From assembly GCA_965216755.1 (NCBI GenBank), contig CBDCGL010000011.1:4736001-4800000 (forward strand): 64,000 bases of DNA, written 5' to 3'. The notes below the pieces were generated by a model, which was not told the DNA's origin, ran no database searches, and saw only the letters and a program-made list of their open reading frames with translations. The stretch's first letter is position 1. The number at the start of each line of letters is the position of its first letter. The translations under genes were made by a program, and so were the position numbers. Source of the DNA: Alphaproteobacteria bacterium. GTDB taxonomy: Bacteria > Pseudomonadota > Alphaproteobacteria > UBA7887. Below are positions 46,666 to 57,819 of this stretch, one piece after another.

Positions 46666-49600
46666 CTACCAGCTGTCCACGAAGGCACGCTTCTTGCCAG
46701 AGCGCTGCGGCGGCGGCGGCGCAGAATCGAGCGCGACCGCAATCCATTTGCGCGTGTCCGCAGGATCGATCACGGTGTCGAATTCGAGAATTGAAGCGGC
46801 ATTGATCGACTTGCCGCGTTCATAGCTCTCAGCGACCATGCGGTTGAAATAGGCTTTGCGCGCCTCGACCTCGTCGATCGCCTCCAGCTCTTTCCGATAG
46901 CCGAGCTTGACGGCGCCTTCCAGGCCCATGCCCCCGATCTCTGCCGTCGGCCAGCCGACGATAAACAAGGGTGTGCGATAACTACCTCCAGCCATGGCTT
47001 GCGCACCGAGTCCATAGGACTTGCGCGTTATGATCGAGACCATGGGCACATCGGCATTGCCAGCCGCCAGGAACAGCCGGCAACAATGGCGGACCAGCGC
47101 GGTCTTTTCGACTTCTGGACCGACCATCATGCCAGGCGTGTCAATCAATGTGATGAGCGGTAAATCGAAAGCATCGCAAAGTTTGATGAAGCGCGACGCT
47201 TTGTTCGAGGCCGGGCTGTCGATCGCCCCCGACAAATGCATCGGATTGTTGCCGAGAATGCCGACTGATCGACCCTCGATCCGTGCCAAAGCCGTCACCA
47301 TGCCCTTAGCATATTCCGGCCGCAACTCCAGGACCGAGCCAACGTCGGCAAGGCCGCGCACCACGTCGCACATATCATAAACCTGTAACCTGTTTTCCGG
47401 CACCACGTGGCGCAGGCGCCGCGGATCAGGTTCGGTCCAGTTGCTAAGCCGGCCCTGAAAATATGACAGGTACCGCTTCGCGACGTCGACCGCCTCGACC
47501 TCGTCCTCAACCAAAATGTCAATGCACCCGTTTGGCACTTGCACGCTTGTCGGCCCGACCTCCTCCGGTCGAAAAACACCCAAACCACCACCCTCGATCA
47601 TCGCCGGACCGCCCATTCCCAGGCACGTGTCGCGCGTCGCGATGACCACATCGCAGCAGCCGAGCAATGCCGCGTTGCCGGCGAACAACCGGCCCGAGCC
47701 GATGCCTATCATCGGCACCAGACCGCTCAATTGGGCATGATGCCAGAACGTGGTCATGAACAACCCGGCAATCATGATATCCGAGGCATCCGTGTCGCCT
47801 GGTCGTCCGCCGCCGCCCTCACAGAAGAAGACCATCGGCAGTTTTTGCCGCCGGATGACGTCTATCATGCGGTCCTTTTTCTCGTGATTCATGATGCCCT
47901 GCGTGCCGGCCAGCACCGTGTAGTCGTAGGCGAGCACTGCAGTGCGTCCGACCTCCCGACCAAATAGGTCGGCGTTAATCGTGCCGATTCCTGTGATCAA
48001 GCCGTCAGCCGGCGTATTGCGGATCAAGTCCTCCTTGGGGCGTCGGAACGTTTGCGCGGCGTATACCAAATCACCGTATTCCACGAAGCTGTCGGGATCG
48101 GTGAGCTGGGCAACATTTTCGCGCGCGGTGCGTTTGTTCAGTTTGCGCCGCTTCGCCACGGCCTCGGGCCGGGCGGCGTCTTGCAACAGCGCTTTGCGGT
48201 CCTGAAGTTCGGCCAGATCCGGCCGTACGTAATCCAGGTCGATGTCGGCTTCGCTATCGATTGCGACGGTATCCTCGTCGGTTGGAGCCAGCACAGCCAA
48301 CAAGTCACCCTCGAAGACCGTATCGTTGGCGCCGACGGCGAATCGACGAATGACGCCGGCTCGTTCGGCGCGGATCGTATGCTGCATCTTCATTGCTTCC
48401 ATCGTGAACAGCACCGCGCCCCGACCAACGGTGTCTCCCTCGTTCGCTTCGATCGACAGAATTGTCCCCTGCATGGGCGCCTTCAGCGCCCCCGGTTCGT
48501 CAACCACGGTATCGGTCGGGCGTTTTGTCGCCGGACCTGTCTTCCCATAGGCAAGGACGCCGAGCGGGTCGTCACCGACCTGGCCGGTCCGGGGCCGGGC
48601 TGCCGCCGGCGTGCCGGCAAAGGCAGACGGCGACGCGGGCGCGTCCGCCGCCGCCGCGGCCAATGCAGCGGCCCTTTGGTCGATGAGGTCCGTATAAGTG
48701 GCGCCATCGGCGATTTCCGGCAATTCGAGCAAGGCGAGAAGGTAGGGAATGTTGGTTTCCACACCCTCGATATGAAAAGCACGCAACGCCCTACGCGTGC
48801 GGACCACGGCATCGCCAATGCTTAATGGCGCATGGCAAATCACTTTGGCCAACAGGTTGTCATAGAACGGATTGGTTTTGAATCCAGCGTAGCCGTGGCC
48901 ATCGACACGCACACCATGGCCGCCCGGCGGTTCATAAGCGCTCAGTATGCCGCCTGTCGGCAGCGGCGCGCCATTGGCGTCGGTCTTCTCCAAGTTCACG
49001 CGGACCTGGATGGCCGAACCACGGGGCGCGGGCGTGTTTTCCTGGCTCAATCCCAAATCGGAGAGGGTCGCACCTGCCGCGATACGAATTTGAGTCCGCA
49101 CGAGATCCATGCCAGTCACGGCCTCGGTCACTGTGTGCTCAACTTGAAGGCGTGGGTTCGCCTCAATGAAGGCGACATCGCATTGATCGTCAATCATGAA
49201 TTCAAATGTGCCAAGCCCTCGATAGCTCACCGCGCGCGCCATCTTCACGGAAGCGTCGAGGATCTGCTGACGTATGGCCGGGTCAAACGCGGGGGCTGGC
49301 GCAATCTCAACGACCTTCTGATGGCGCCGCTGCAATGTGCAGTCTCGCTCCCACGCGTGTATTATGTCCGTGCCGTCGCCAATGATCTGCACTTCGACAT
49401 GCCGGGCGCGACGCATATAGCGCTCGGCAAAGACTGTACCATTGCCGAAGGCTGCGTGCGCCTCGCCGCTGGCCTCCTCTACCATCGCCTCGACTTGATT
49501 CGGTGCTGTGATCACCCGCATGCCGCGGCCGCCACCGCCGCCGGCCGCTTTGAGGACCACCGGCCCGCCGCCCAGCTTTTCCATGAATGAACGGATGTCG

Positions 49601-50016
49601 TCGGCGGTAGAATCGGGCCCAAGTCCCGGGTTGACCGGCACGCCAAGGCCCTTGGCCAGTTCCCGCGCGGTCGTCTTGTCGCCAAGTGTGCGCAGTGTTT
49701 CCGGGGTGGGACCGACGAAACTGATTCCCGCATCCGCCAGTGCCTCGGCAAAGGCGGCGCTTTCGGCCAGAAACCCATAACCCGGGTGCACCGCATCGCA
49801 GCCCGACTTGGAGGCCGCGGCGGCGACATTATCGATATCCAAATAGGCGCGTGGCCCGGTGCCTGGCAAAGCGACGACGCGATCGGCCCTGCGGACATGA
49901 AGGCAATCGGCATCGTCCTCCGCGTGCATGGCGACGCTTTCCAAACCTAACTCGGCCGCCGCCTGCGCGACGCGGATCGCGACCTCGCCGCGATTGGCAA
50001 TCAGGATGGATCGCAT
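46666..50016 (-). CDS. Single-chain acyl-CoA carboxylase (biotin carboxylase + BCCP + carboxyltransferase)
   Basis: IANRGEVA, GGGGRGMR, QRRHQK, RLQVEH, EAMKM, DYTVLAGTQG. Confidence 0.92.
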   Translation of the reverse strand: MRSILIANRGEVAIRVAQAAAELGLESVAMHAEDDADCLHVRRADRVVALPGTGPRAYLDIDNVAAAASKSGCDAVHPGYGFLAESAAFAEALADAGISFVGPTPETLRTLGDKTTARELAKGLGVPVNPGLGPDSTADDIRSFMEKLGGGPVVLKAAGGGGGRGMRVITAPNQVEAMVEEASGEAHAAFGNGTVFAERYMRRARHVEVQIIGDGTDIIHAWERDCTLQRRHQKVVEIAPAPAFDPAIRQQILDASVKMARAVSYRGLGTFEFMIDDQCDVAFIEANPRLQVEHTVTEAVTGMDLVRTQIRIAAGATLSDLGLSQENTPAPRGSAIQVRVNLEKTDANGAPLPTGGILSAYEPPGGHGVRVDGHGYAGFKTNPFYDNLLAKVICHAPLSIGDAVVRTRRALRAFHIEGVETNIPYLLALLELPEIADGATYTDLIDQRAAALAAAAADAPASPSAFAGTPAAARPRTGQVGDDPLGVLAYGKTGPATKRPTDTVVDEPGALKAPMQGTILSIEANEGDTVGRGAVLFTMEAMKMQHTIRAERAGVIRRFAVGANDTVFEGDLLAVLAPTDEDTVAIDSEADIDLDYVRPDLAELQDRKALLQDAARPEAVAKRRKLNKRTARENVAQLTDPDSFVEYGDLVYAAQTFRRPKEDLIRNTPADGLITGIGTINADLFGREVGRTAVLAYDYTVLAGTQGIMNHEKKDRMIDVIRRQKLPMVFFCEGGGGRPGDTDASDIMIAGLFMTTFWHHAQLSGLVPMIGIGSGRLFAGNAALLGCCDVVIATRDTCLGMGGPAMIEGGGLGVFRPEEVGPTSVQVPNGCIDILVEDEVEAVDVAKRYLSYFQGRLSNWTEPDPRRLRHVVPENRLQVYDMCDVVRGLADVGSVLELRPEYAKGMVTALARIEGRSVGILGNNPMHLSGAIDSPASNKASRFIKLCDAFDLPLITLIDTPGMMVGPEVEKTALVRHCCRLFLAAGNADVPMVSIITRKSYGLGAQAMAGGSYRTPLFIVGWPTAEIGGMGLEGAVKLGYRKELEAIDEVEARKAYFNRMVAESYERGKSINAASILEFDTVIDPADTRKWIAVALDSAPPPPQRSGKKRAFVDSW

Positions 50017-50028
50017 TTGGGTCCCCTT

Positions 50029-51753
50029 TTAGAGCAGCTTTTCGAGTTCGCCCTTTTTGACCTTACCCGTGGTTGTCATCGGCAGGTCCTCGACGATGCG
50101 GATCTCCGGCACCTTATAGGTGGCCATGGCGTTTCCGCACCAAGCTGCGATCGCCTCAGCCGTCGTGGCGCGCCCGTCGTTGGCATCGAGCTTGATAAAC
50201 GCGACGGGCACTTGCCCGCGTTCCGCGTCCGGACGGCCAATGACACCGGCACCGATGACCGCCGGATGACGGCCCAGCATCGCCTCGATTTCGGCGGGAA
50301 AGACCGACATGCCTTTAACCTTCAGCATCTCTTTGCGACGACCAAGGAAATGCAGCAGCCCCATCTCACTAATCATGCCGACGTCGCCAGTGCGCAGCCA
50401 GCCATCAACAATTGCCTCGGCGGTGGCCTCGGGCCGCCGCCAATAGGCTTTTAGATTGGATGGTCCGCGCACACAGATTTCGCCCTCCGCGCCCAGCGGC
50501 AGGAGATTGTGGGTTTGGAAATCACAGATCTTGAAGGCGGTCCCCGGCACCGGTAGGCCGACAAGGATTGGCTGTAAGCCGAGGTCGAAATCATCTGATT
50601 GTAGACCGCGTGTGAAACTGTCACACGTGTGCGTCTCGGTCATACCGTAGCTCATTTCAACCATGGTCGCGCCGGTCAGCGCCCGCCATCGATCGCGATA
50701 GTCTTTGTTCAGTTTCTTGACAAAGGAGGACACACCGGTGGTCTTGATCGACGTGAGATTGAACGCGTCGACCTCGGGATGATCCATCAGCTCAACAGCG
50801 TTGTCGACTAGCATGACGGCCCGTTTGATCCGGTAGCGGGCAACCGCCGCCATGTAACCGACAGGGTCCCAACGCGCGAACAAGACACAGGTTGCCCCTG
50901 TAAAGACGGGAAACAGGACGCCCAGATCCTCACCCGCGATCCAGAACAATGGATAGAAGCAGGCGCAGACATCGCCGACCGCCAGCGGCGTATTGGTCCG
51001 GCAGGCTGTGGCGGCGGTATAGATCATGTCGCGTTGGGTGTGCACGCAGCCTTTGGGCATGCCGGTGGTGCCGCCAGTGTAATTGAGCGCAGCGACGGTG
51101 TCCAAATCGGGCTCGACCGGTCGCGGCGCCCCGGCACCGGCGATGGCGGCCAAGAAGTCATCGGCGTCCGACGCTGTCGCCGCGCGCGCCACATTGTCGG
51201 GTACCGGGAACGCCGGCTCCTCGGGAATCATGTCGGCCATCCCCGTCGCAAGAACGCGGGTGACATTGCTTTGGTCCTGGACTTTACGGACCAAGGGTAC
51301 CAACCCGTGATCTGCGATGACCAATGTAGCGTTGGTGTCGTTCAACTCGTAGAGCAGCTCGTGCTCCTTGAACATGGGATTGATCGGTACATGGATGGCG
51401 CCCGCCTTGAGGATGCCATAGAAAGCGATGATGAACTGTGGGCAGTTGCCCAAAAAGAGCGCCACCGGATCTCCTCGTCTGATCCCGGCATCTTGGAGTA
51501 TGGCGGCGCACTGATCCGACAGGCGGTCCAGTTCAGCGAAATTGATGTGCCGGCCGTAGTAGATGTAGGCTGTACGATCGGGTTCGGTTTCTGCCCAACG
51601 TTTGAGGTATGCGGTGATTGCGATTTCGCCAAACGGGTAGTGTGGGGCGCGTGGAATTTCCGCGGGCCAAATTTCTGTGTGCAATTCGTGAAGTTGGGCC
51701 AAGTAGGCATCCTCGGACATCGCGTTGTCGCGTTTGGCAGGATCATCACTCAT
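50029..51753 (-). CDS. Long-chain acyl-CoA synthetase
   Basis: YTGGTTG.PKG, YGMTE, TGD, TTTGKV. Confidence 0.9.
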   Translation of the reverse strand: MSDDPAKRDNAMSEDAYLAQLHELHTEIWPAEIPRAPHYPFGEIAITAYLKRWAETEPDRTAYIYYGRHINFAELDRLSDQCAAILQDAGIRRGDPVALFLGNCPQFIIAFYGILKAGAIHVPINPMFKEHELLYELNDTNATLVIADHGLVPLVRKVQDQSNVTRVLATGMADMIPEEPAFPVPDNVARAATASDADDFLAAIAGAGAPRPVEPDLDTVAALNYTGGTTGMPKGCVHTQRDMIYTAATACRTNTPLAVGDVCACFYPLFWIAGEDLGVLFPVFTGATCVLFARWDPVGYMAAVARYRIKRAVMLVDNAVELMDHPEVDAFNLTSIKTTGVSSFVKKLNKDYRDRWRALTGATMVEMSYGMTETHTCDSFTRGLQSDDFDLGLQPILVGLPVPGTAFKICDFQTHNLLPLGAEGEICVRGPSNLKAYWRRPEATAEAIVDGWLRTGDVGMISEMGLLHFLGRRKEMLKVKGMSVFPAEIEAMLGRHPAVIGAGVIGRPDAERGQVPVAFIKLDANDGRATTAEAIAAWCGNAMATYKVPEIRIVEDLPMTTTGKVKKGELEKLL

Positions 51754-52033
51754 GGGTCTTGATCTCGTATGTGGAAGGGCCGCGGAAGTCTATTTTCGCG
51801 CGGAACACATGCGTAGGCCGCCGCCAGCGGGCACAGACTGACGCCAATGCAAGCACGAAATTGAACATTGGCCAAGCACCGCCTAGAGCGATGGTTTGGC
51901 ATCTGCCACACTATTCGCCGGCGGCTGACGTTGCGTGACACCGGGCCTCGCTCGGTCGCGGCGCAAGATCGAACGGATGCTCTTTCTTGTCGTGGTGATG
52001 ATTGGGATCGAGTTTGGCGGTAGATCGCGAAAA

Positions 52034-52591
52034 ATGGATGCCTTAGAGCTTGGAAAATCACGATTGATCAATCTGCTGGTCAAGCTTCCTGGCATCAACA
52101 TGGAAAGTCGATTGAGACTTTCGATTCACGATCCGGAAAAACTGTTGCGCGGAGCGGATATTGCGACGGGGCAAACGGTTCTAGAAGTTGGTTGCGGCAC
52201 AGGCTTCTTCAGCGTGTCGGCGGCAAGAAACGTGGGTGACACGGGTCACCTCATTTGTCTAGACCCCGTATCGGACTATGTCGAACGCGTTAAAGAAAAA
52301 ATGATAGTTGCAGGCTTGGGCAACGTCGAAGTCCTGAGACGAGACGCGCTGGAGACAGGCCTGGATTCCGAGAGCGTTGATACAGCCTTGCTTTACGGTG
52401 TTCTGCCTTTTCCGACTTTGCCGCTTGACCGGCTCTTGCCCGAAATGCACCGCGTGTTGAAGCCGCACGGTATGTTGGCGGTGTGGCTCTTTCCGGTTTC
52501 ATTTGGGGTGCCAAAGAAGATCCTCGCATCAGGTCTTTTCAGGGATCATGGGAACAAGAACGGCGTGTTCCGATACCTGAAGTCCATGTGA
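52034..52591 (+). CDS. Class I SAM-dependent methyltransferase
   Basis: VLEVGCGTG, EMHRVLKP.G. Confidence 0.85.
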   Translation: MDALELGKSRLINLLVKLPGINMESRLRLSIHDPEKLLRGADIATGQTVLEVGCGTGFFSVSAARNVGDTGHLICLDPVSDYVERVKEKMIVAGLGNVEVLRRDALETGLDSESVDTALLYGVLPFPTLPLDRLLPEMHRVLKPHGMLAVWLFPVSFGVPKKILASGLFRDHGNKNGVFRYLKSM

Positions 52592-52788
52592 TCAATTGGA
52601 CTGCGATACAACGCTATAAGGTCCTTTTCGGGTCAATATTCTTCGTCCGCGCCCGCTTAAAAAGTAGGTCTGCATCCGGAGGGTAACGCGATCGAACTCA
52701 GCGGCAACATTCCGTTTGCGCCACATTTTTCTGAAGTGGCGAGCCGTGGGGGCGCGTAATCTGACAAGATCGGCTGGACCTGATGGGG

Positions 52789-53613
52789 CTAACCGGGTGA
52801 CCGCGTTGTCCGCATATCGGCGTAGACTTCGAACTTCTCGGCGTCGAAAGCAAGTGGCTGTACGACGCCGCCGGCGTCTTCTAAAACCGCCTGGACCTGA
52901 GACACGCCAAGCATGTTTTTCCAGACCCGCGACATCGTCGGGAATTCACTTGGAAGGTCGATGCCCGCCAGCAGCGCATTGCGAATCTGCGGTACAAGAA
53001 AACAATCGGCATGCGTAATCTCGTCTCCAACGGCAAATTGCCCGGCGCATTTTGCCATGATCGTCTCCAGCGCGCCGAATTCCCGGCGGATGAAATGGAG
53101 ACGCAAAGGGTGAACGGTGGGAGGGGCTTTCACCATGCCCCACTCTCCCATGGCCTGGATGATGAACGGAATATTTTGGTACGGCTGCGTGTCAGCGGCA
53201 ATGATCCACATAATGCGATGAACTTCGGCGCGCATCCAGGGATCTTCGGGAAGCATGCCCGTTCCTTCGGCGAGGCACTCTTCGATAAAGTCGACGATGG
53301 GTCCCGACTGGGTCAACTTCCGCCCATCCGGCAGCAAGAGAACCGGGATTCGCCCTTCCGGATTAAAGGCCGTCAAATCCGTCGTGCCGATTCTTATGGT
53401 CTCGGGATCGCCCTCGGGCATGGTGAAGACGAGGATTCCACGATGATCTGTCTTGAGACCCGTGCTCACGAATTCTACCAGTGAGGACGGCACGCCGCCG
53501 CAACGCAGATAAAGCGACACCCGCATCGAGGCACTGCTGGCCGGATGGTAGAACAAACGGAATGGTCCGAGTTGCGTAGATTTTTCGGTCATCACGTCAC
53601 ATCTCTCCATCAA
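52789..53613 (-). CDS. Maleylacetoacetate isomerase-like GST (zeta class)
   Basis: SSASMRV, NP.G.IP.L, LTQS, D.QP.QN, AD.FLVPQ..NA. Confidence 0.8.
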   Translation of the reverse strand: MMERCDVMTEKSTQLGPFRLFYHPASSASMRVSLYLRCGGVPSSLVEFVSTGLKTDHRGILVFTMPEGDPETIRIGTTDLTAFNPEGRIPVLLLPDGRKLTQSGPIVDFIEECLAEGTGMLPEDPWMRAEVHRIMWIIAADTQPYQNIPFIIQAMGEWGMVKAPPTVHPLRLHFIRREFGALETIMAKCAGQFAVGDEITHADCFLVPQIRNALLAGIDLPSEFPTMSRVWKNMLGVSQVQAVLEDAGGVVQPLAFDAEKFEVYADMRTTRSPG

Positions 53614-54011
53614 ACGTGATTTGTGAAATTCCGTTCCAGCACACGAAATTAACGATACGAAACTAACTGTTGTCGATTACAGTTTCTGAAACTGGCGAGG
53701 AACGGATCTTGCTGTGATACACGATGTCAACTCCGAATCAATCTTACTCTTGAGCACCGACCTCGGTTTCTGACGGGACCATCACCAAAGCAGCCCGTCG
53801 CGCATGCCGCCGCTCAGCCTAACTCGGTGCCCAAATCAGGCCGCGGAGGCGCAACCATCACCCACGCGTGTGCAACACGGATCCCGGTCATTGGCGATGC
53901 TAACATGGCTCTCACTACCGCTTGTGCCCAACACCCAACTCGGATGAGCTGATATTGCCTGTCGCGTCAGAGGCGCTGTGATCAGTTGAAACCGAGCGAC
54001 GAGGCTCCGCC

Positions 54012-54452
54012 TCATCCATCCGGGATGTCGAAAAAACCCGCCGGTGGCCAAGATTCGAAGGTGGGGACGTCGCTCTGCCAGCCACCGTAGTCAGCGGTCT
54101 CGCCTGTGAAGATTCGAACGCCCAATCGCACGCCACTGGGTCGGTCTAGGCTACCGCCGGCGATAGACAAGCGTTCCCCCCCGTCACGGCGGAAGAAGAG
54201 GCTAGACCCGCACTTACTGCAGAAGCCCCGACACGCCTTTTCGGAACTCCGATACCAGGCGAGCGCCCCCGCACTGTCATGGATCTCGACGTCAGTGAGC
54301 TTGGCCGCAGTGCCATGCCAAAGCCCACCGCTCACCCGTCGGCAACTCTCGCAGTGGCACTCGATAACATGCCGTATGGGTCCGTGGATGTCGTAAGCCA
54401 CGGCACCGCAATGACAGCGGCCGCTGGCCGTGAGTTCACTTTTCTCATTCAT
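54012..54452 (-). CDS. GFA family protein
   Basis: G.CHCGAV, CHC..CRR, RGFC..CGS.LF. Confidence 0.88.
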   Translation of the reverse strand: MNEKSELTASGRCHCGAVAYDIHGPIRHVIECHCESCRRVSGGLWHGTAAKLTDVEIHDSAGALAWYRSSEKACRGFCSKCGSSLFFRRDGGERLSIAGGSLDRPSGVRLGVRIFTGETADYGGWQSDVPTFESWPPAGFFDIPDG

Positions 54453-54812
54453 TTCCAATGTTCCGTCTCCAATGTCCCGTCGGTTAAGCATCGGAGGAGA
54501 ACAACTTAGCATCTCGGTAAGGGATCGGCGCACTTTCTGTTGAAAAGGCATTCACTTTCGCAAAGCGCGAACGAATTGAATGGGCCATTACCCCCGTTTC
54601 GCGAACGCGACGAAGTCGCCTGCTGTGTTGGTATAAACTGCCGCCTCGGGGGCTTAGGTTAGAAATTGAGAATGCCCCGGTCTTCAAAGAAGCCCGCGGA
54701 TCAGCCGTGTTCACGGCCAAACTTGGGAACAGCTTAGAGAATGGGCTCATGTTTCCACGGTCCCGGGTTACGGATATACCTTTGGCTGGAGACAGCATCT
54801 ATTGGGTGAGTC

Positions 54813-55991
54813 ATGGGCGAAGCGGTCGCATATGGTGAAGGAACTCTTGAGCGTGGAATCCGATCACGGTTTGTCGATGGGGTTAACGGGCTGACAATTC
54901 ACCTGCTCGAGGCGGGTTACGAGAGCCAAGGTCGGCCCGCCGTTCTTCTTCTGCACGGTTTTCCGGAGCTCGCTTACAGCTGGCGGAAGGTGATGCTGCC
55001 TATCGCAGAGGCCGGCTACCATGTCATCGCGCCCGACCAGCGCGGTTACGGTCGGACCACGGGCTGGGAAGCGACCTACGACGGCGACCTGACACCCTTC
55101 TACCTGTTGAATTACGTCAAGGACGCGTTGGCGCTGGTCAACGCGCTCGGCTACCGGTCGGTGGACGCAGTATTCGGTCATGATTTCGGCTCGCCGGTTG
55201 CGGCCTATTGTGCGCTTGTCCGACCGGATGTCTTTCGCGCGGTTGCCTTGATGAGCGCGCCTTTCGGCGGTCCTCCGTCGCTTCCTTTCAATACCGTGGA
55301 TTGTGTGCCCGTGTCTTCCGGCGTCCCGATGCAGCTGCACGCGGCCCTTTCGTCCGAAGCGCTGCACGCAGATCTGGCTGCGCTTGCGCGGCCGCGCAAG
55401 CACTATCACTGGTACTTCTCGACCCCTGAAGCCAACGCAGACATGATGAACTGCCCACAGGGTATCCCTGATTTTCTGCGCGCCTACTACCACTTCAAGA
55501 GTGCGGACTGGAAAAGGAACGAACCTCACAAGCTTGCGTCCTGGACCGCCACTGAGCTGGAAAGGATGCCGACCTACTACATCATGGATCTGGACCAAGA
55601 CATGGCGCAGACGGTTGCACCCGAAATGTCGGCGGGCGACGACATCGCAAATTGCGCTTGGTTACCCGACCAAGAGCTTGCGGTATATGCAAGTGAATAT
55701 GAACGCAATGGATTCCAAGGTGGACTGCAATCCTATCGCTGCAACACAAGCAAGGCTCACGCGACAACATTGCAGCTTTTTTCTGGCCGCACGATTGATG
55801 TGCCATCATGCTTTATCGTCGGCAAGAGCGACTGGGGCACGTACCAAAAGCCGGGCGATTTCGAACGCATGCAAGACCAAATCTGCGGTCTTTTTCAGGG
55901 TGCTCACCTGGTGGAGGGAGCCGGCCATTGGGTGCAGCAGGAACAGCCCCAACAAACCCATAGGATCTTGCTTGACTTCCTCAACCATTAG
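54813..55991 (+). CDS. Alpha/beta hydrolase (epoxide hydrolase-like)
   Basis: HGFPE, PDQRGYG, GHDFG, GAGHWVQQE. Confidence 0.9.
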   Translation: MGEAVAYGEGTLERGIRSRFVDGVNGLTIHLLEAGYESQGRPAVLLLHGFPELAYSWRKVMLPIAEAGYHVIAPDQRGYGRTTGWEATYDGDLTPFYLLNYVKDALALVNALGYRSVDAVFGHDFGSPVAAYCALVRPDVFRAVALMSAPFGGPPSLPFNTVDCVPVSSGVPMQLHAALSSEALHADLAALARPRKHYHWYFSTPEANADMMNCPQGIPDFLRAYYHFKSADWKRNEPHKLASWTATELERMPTYYIMDLDQDMAQTVAPEMSAGDDIANCAWLPDQELAVYASEYERNGFQGGLQSYRCNTSKAHATTLQLFSGRTIDVPSCFIVGKSDWGTYQKPGDFERMQDQICGLFQGAHLVEGAGHWVQQEQPQQTHRILLDFLNH

Positions 55992-56086
55992 CGGTGCCAT
56001 AAGATGTCTGGGCGCGGCATTCGATTGTGTCGCTTCTCTGAAATCAAGAGTGTTTACCCCAGGCGATGGCCAATTGCCGTGCTCTC

Positions 56087-56962
56087 TCAAGCCACACCCA
56101 GAGCTTTGGCGCGCTCGTAGGTGCGCTTGGCCGACAAGTAGCCTGGCATCTCGACAAGGTCGCCATCGACCAATGCACGCGGCATGCCGCGTGCGCGGGC
56201 AGCCTCAAAAGCCTCGATGACGCGTTTGGCCAACGCAACCGCTTCCGGGCTCGGGGTCAGCACCGTGTTGATCGCCGCAACGTGATCCGCCTGCACGGCG
56301 CTTTTCGCCGTATACCCTAAGCGGCGGCCGCTTTCGGCGTCGGCGATCGCGCCTTCGACATCATCCCACGTGTACGGCCGGTCGATCGGCAGTACGCCGG
56401 CCGCGCGGCATTCGACCAGGAAGCGTTGACGCGCGTAATCAAGCTCGATGCCATCCCGACCCCGTTCAGCGCCCAAATCCTTCGCCAAATCCTCGGCAGC
56501 CAATAGCGCTGCCTGAATTCGAGGGCTGGCGGCGACGATTTCGGCCGTACGCACCAATCCGGTCGCGGTTTCGATATTAGGCACCAGCCGTGTGGCGCCG
56601 ACCTTGATGCCATGGCTGACTTCGTGTGCGGCGATCGCGGCGTCGAGTGCCACCATTTCGTCGCGGGCGGCGACCATAGGCAAAAGAACAATCTCAGGTG
56701 CGCCAACCATCGCGGCAGCAAGATCGTGATGTCCGTCGGCGTCGAGCCGGTTGACGCGAACTGCGCTGACGCAGCCGGCTTGTTTCCATGCGGCATAGAC
56801 CTCGGGCGCCAGTGCGCGCGCCATTGGCCGCCGCTCAGGCGTTGTGAAATCCTCAAGTTCCTGAATTAGGACGTCGGCGCCGCTTCGCGGCCCAGCCAGC
56901 AAGATATCCTTGTCGGCGCCGGGCAAGGCAAGCCAAGTCCGGCAAAGGTCGATCTCTCTCAT
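56087..56962 (-). CDS. CitE/HpcH-family CoA ester lyase
   Basis: ELED, VRVN, IET..G, AEDL..DLG, VDG..VE.P. Confidence 0.85.
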   Translation of the reverse strand: MREIDLCRTWLALPGADKDILLAGPRSGADVLIQELEDFTTPERRPMARALAPEVYAAWKQAGCVSAVRVNRLDADGHHDLAAAMVGAPEIVLLPMVAARDEMVALDAAIAAHEVSHGIKVGATRLVPNIETATGLVRTAEIVAASPRIQAALLAAEDLAKDLGAERGRDGIELDYARQRFLVECRAAGVLPIDRPYTWDDVEGAIADAESGRRLGYTAKSAVQADHVAAINTVLTPSPEAVALAKRVIEAFEAARARGMPRALVDGDLVEMPGYLSAKRTYERAKALGVA

Positions 56963-57399
56963 CGGCGGCGCTCCGTGGTGCTGGACGAGAAGTAGGCATC
57001 AAGAGCGCCATGATAACCGGTCAGCGTGGCGCCAAACATGCTGGCAATGCAGCTTTTCAATGACATGCGTCTGTCCACTTGTTTTGCAGGACGAAGAAGC
57101 GCGATTGATACGGCGAATGATTTGGGCGCGAGACCGCGCTCCTAACCCCGAAAGTTGACAAGAGCGCGTGCCGAAAATGCTCGCAGGTCCCATGGCGCGG
57201 TTTTCCGTGCGCCAGGGCAACTCTCGCGGCATGCGTACCGATGGCAGAGGTCGGGTGTTTAGGGATTTGCGATCTCACGCATTCCATCGCCACGATTCCC
57301 ATTATCGACATGCAAGGCGTCGACGCCTGGCAAATAGACAAGGTCAACTTCGTTGCAGAGTACAATCAATGGATGGAGTCCCCCGCATTCGTGGACAGT

Positions 57400-57764
57400 T
57401 ACGGGCTTGCCGATTCAGGGCAATGCCATCGCGGGTGTGCCCGGGGAAGGGCGCGTGTCGATTGACCAGCGTGTCATCCAACGCCAGTTCGCTGATGGTA
57501 CGCCCCATCAGCTCAGCGAACCCATCTGCGCGTTCGTCGACATGGCGCACGGACCGATTGGCGAGAACACACTCTTGTCACCGCGCGTGGCGCTCGTCGT
57601 TTAGGGTTTGCGGCTGCTCGAGGCGGTGAGCGGGGCTGGCATTCTGGCTGGTGCCGACCCTGACGATGCGGACCACGACGGGGTCTCAGGCCGCGCGCGC
57701 GGCTGTTGTCGCCATGGCGATGGAGGATCGCGCGGCGTTGCTCGCTTTCCTGCGCTCACTGTGA
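57400..57764 (+). pseudogene. Di-haem oxidoreductase (DHOR family) remnant
   Basis: AIAGVPGEGRV, LSPRVA..*GL.LLEAV, ADPDDAD.DGVSGR, then jumps to C-terminal DRAALLAFLRSL; stop at 57602-57604. Confidence 0.7.
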
Positions 57765-57819
57765 GGGTCGCGCGGAATTAGATCAATCTTCGTTCAAACG
57801 GCTGCGCGGGTAGAAACAG

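Noticed and set aside
45987-46747. Short ORFs between the IS and the carboxylase
   Set aside because: No recognisable motifs or RBS; mutually overlapping, likely spurious
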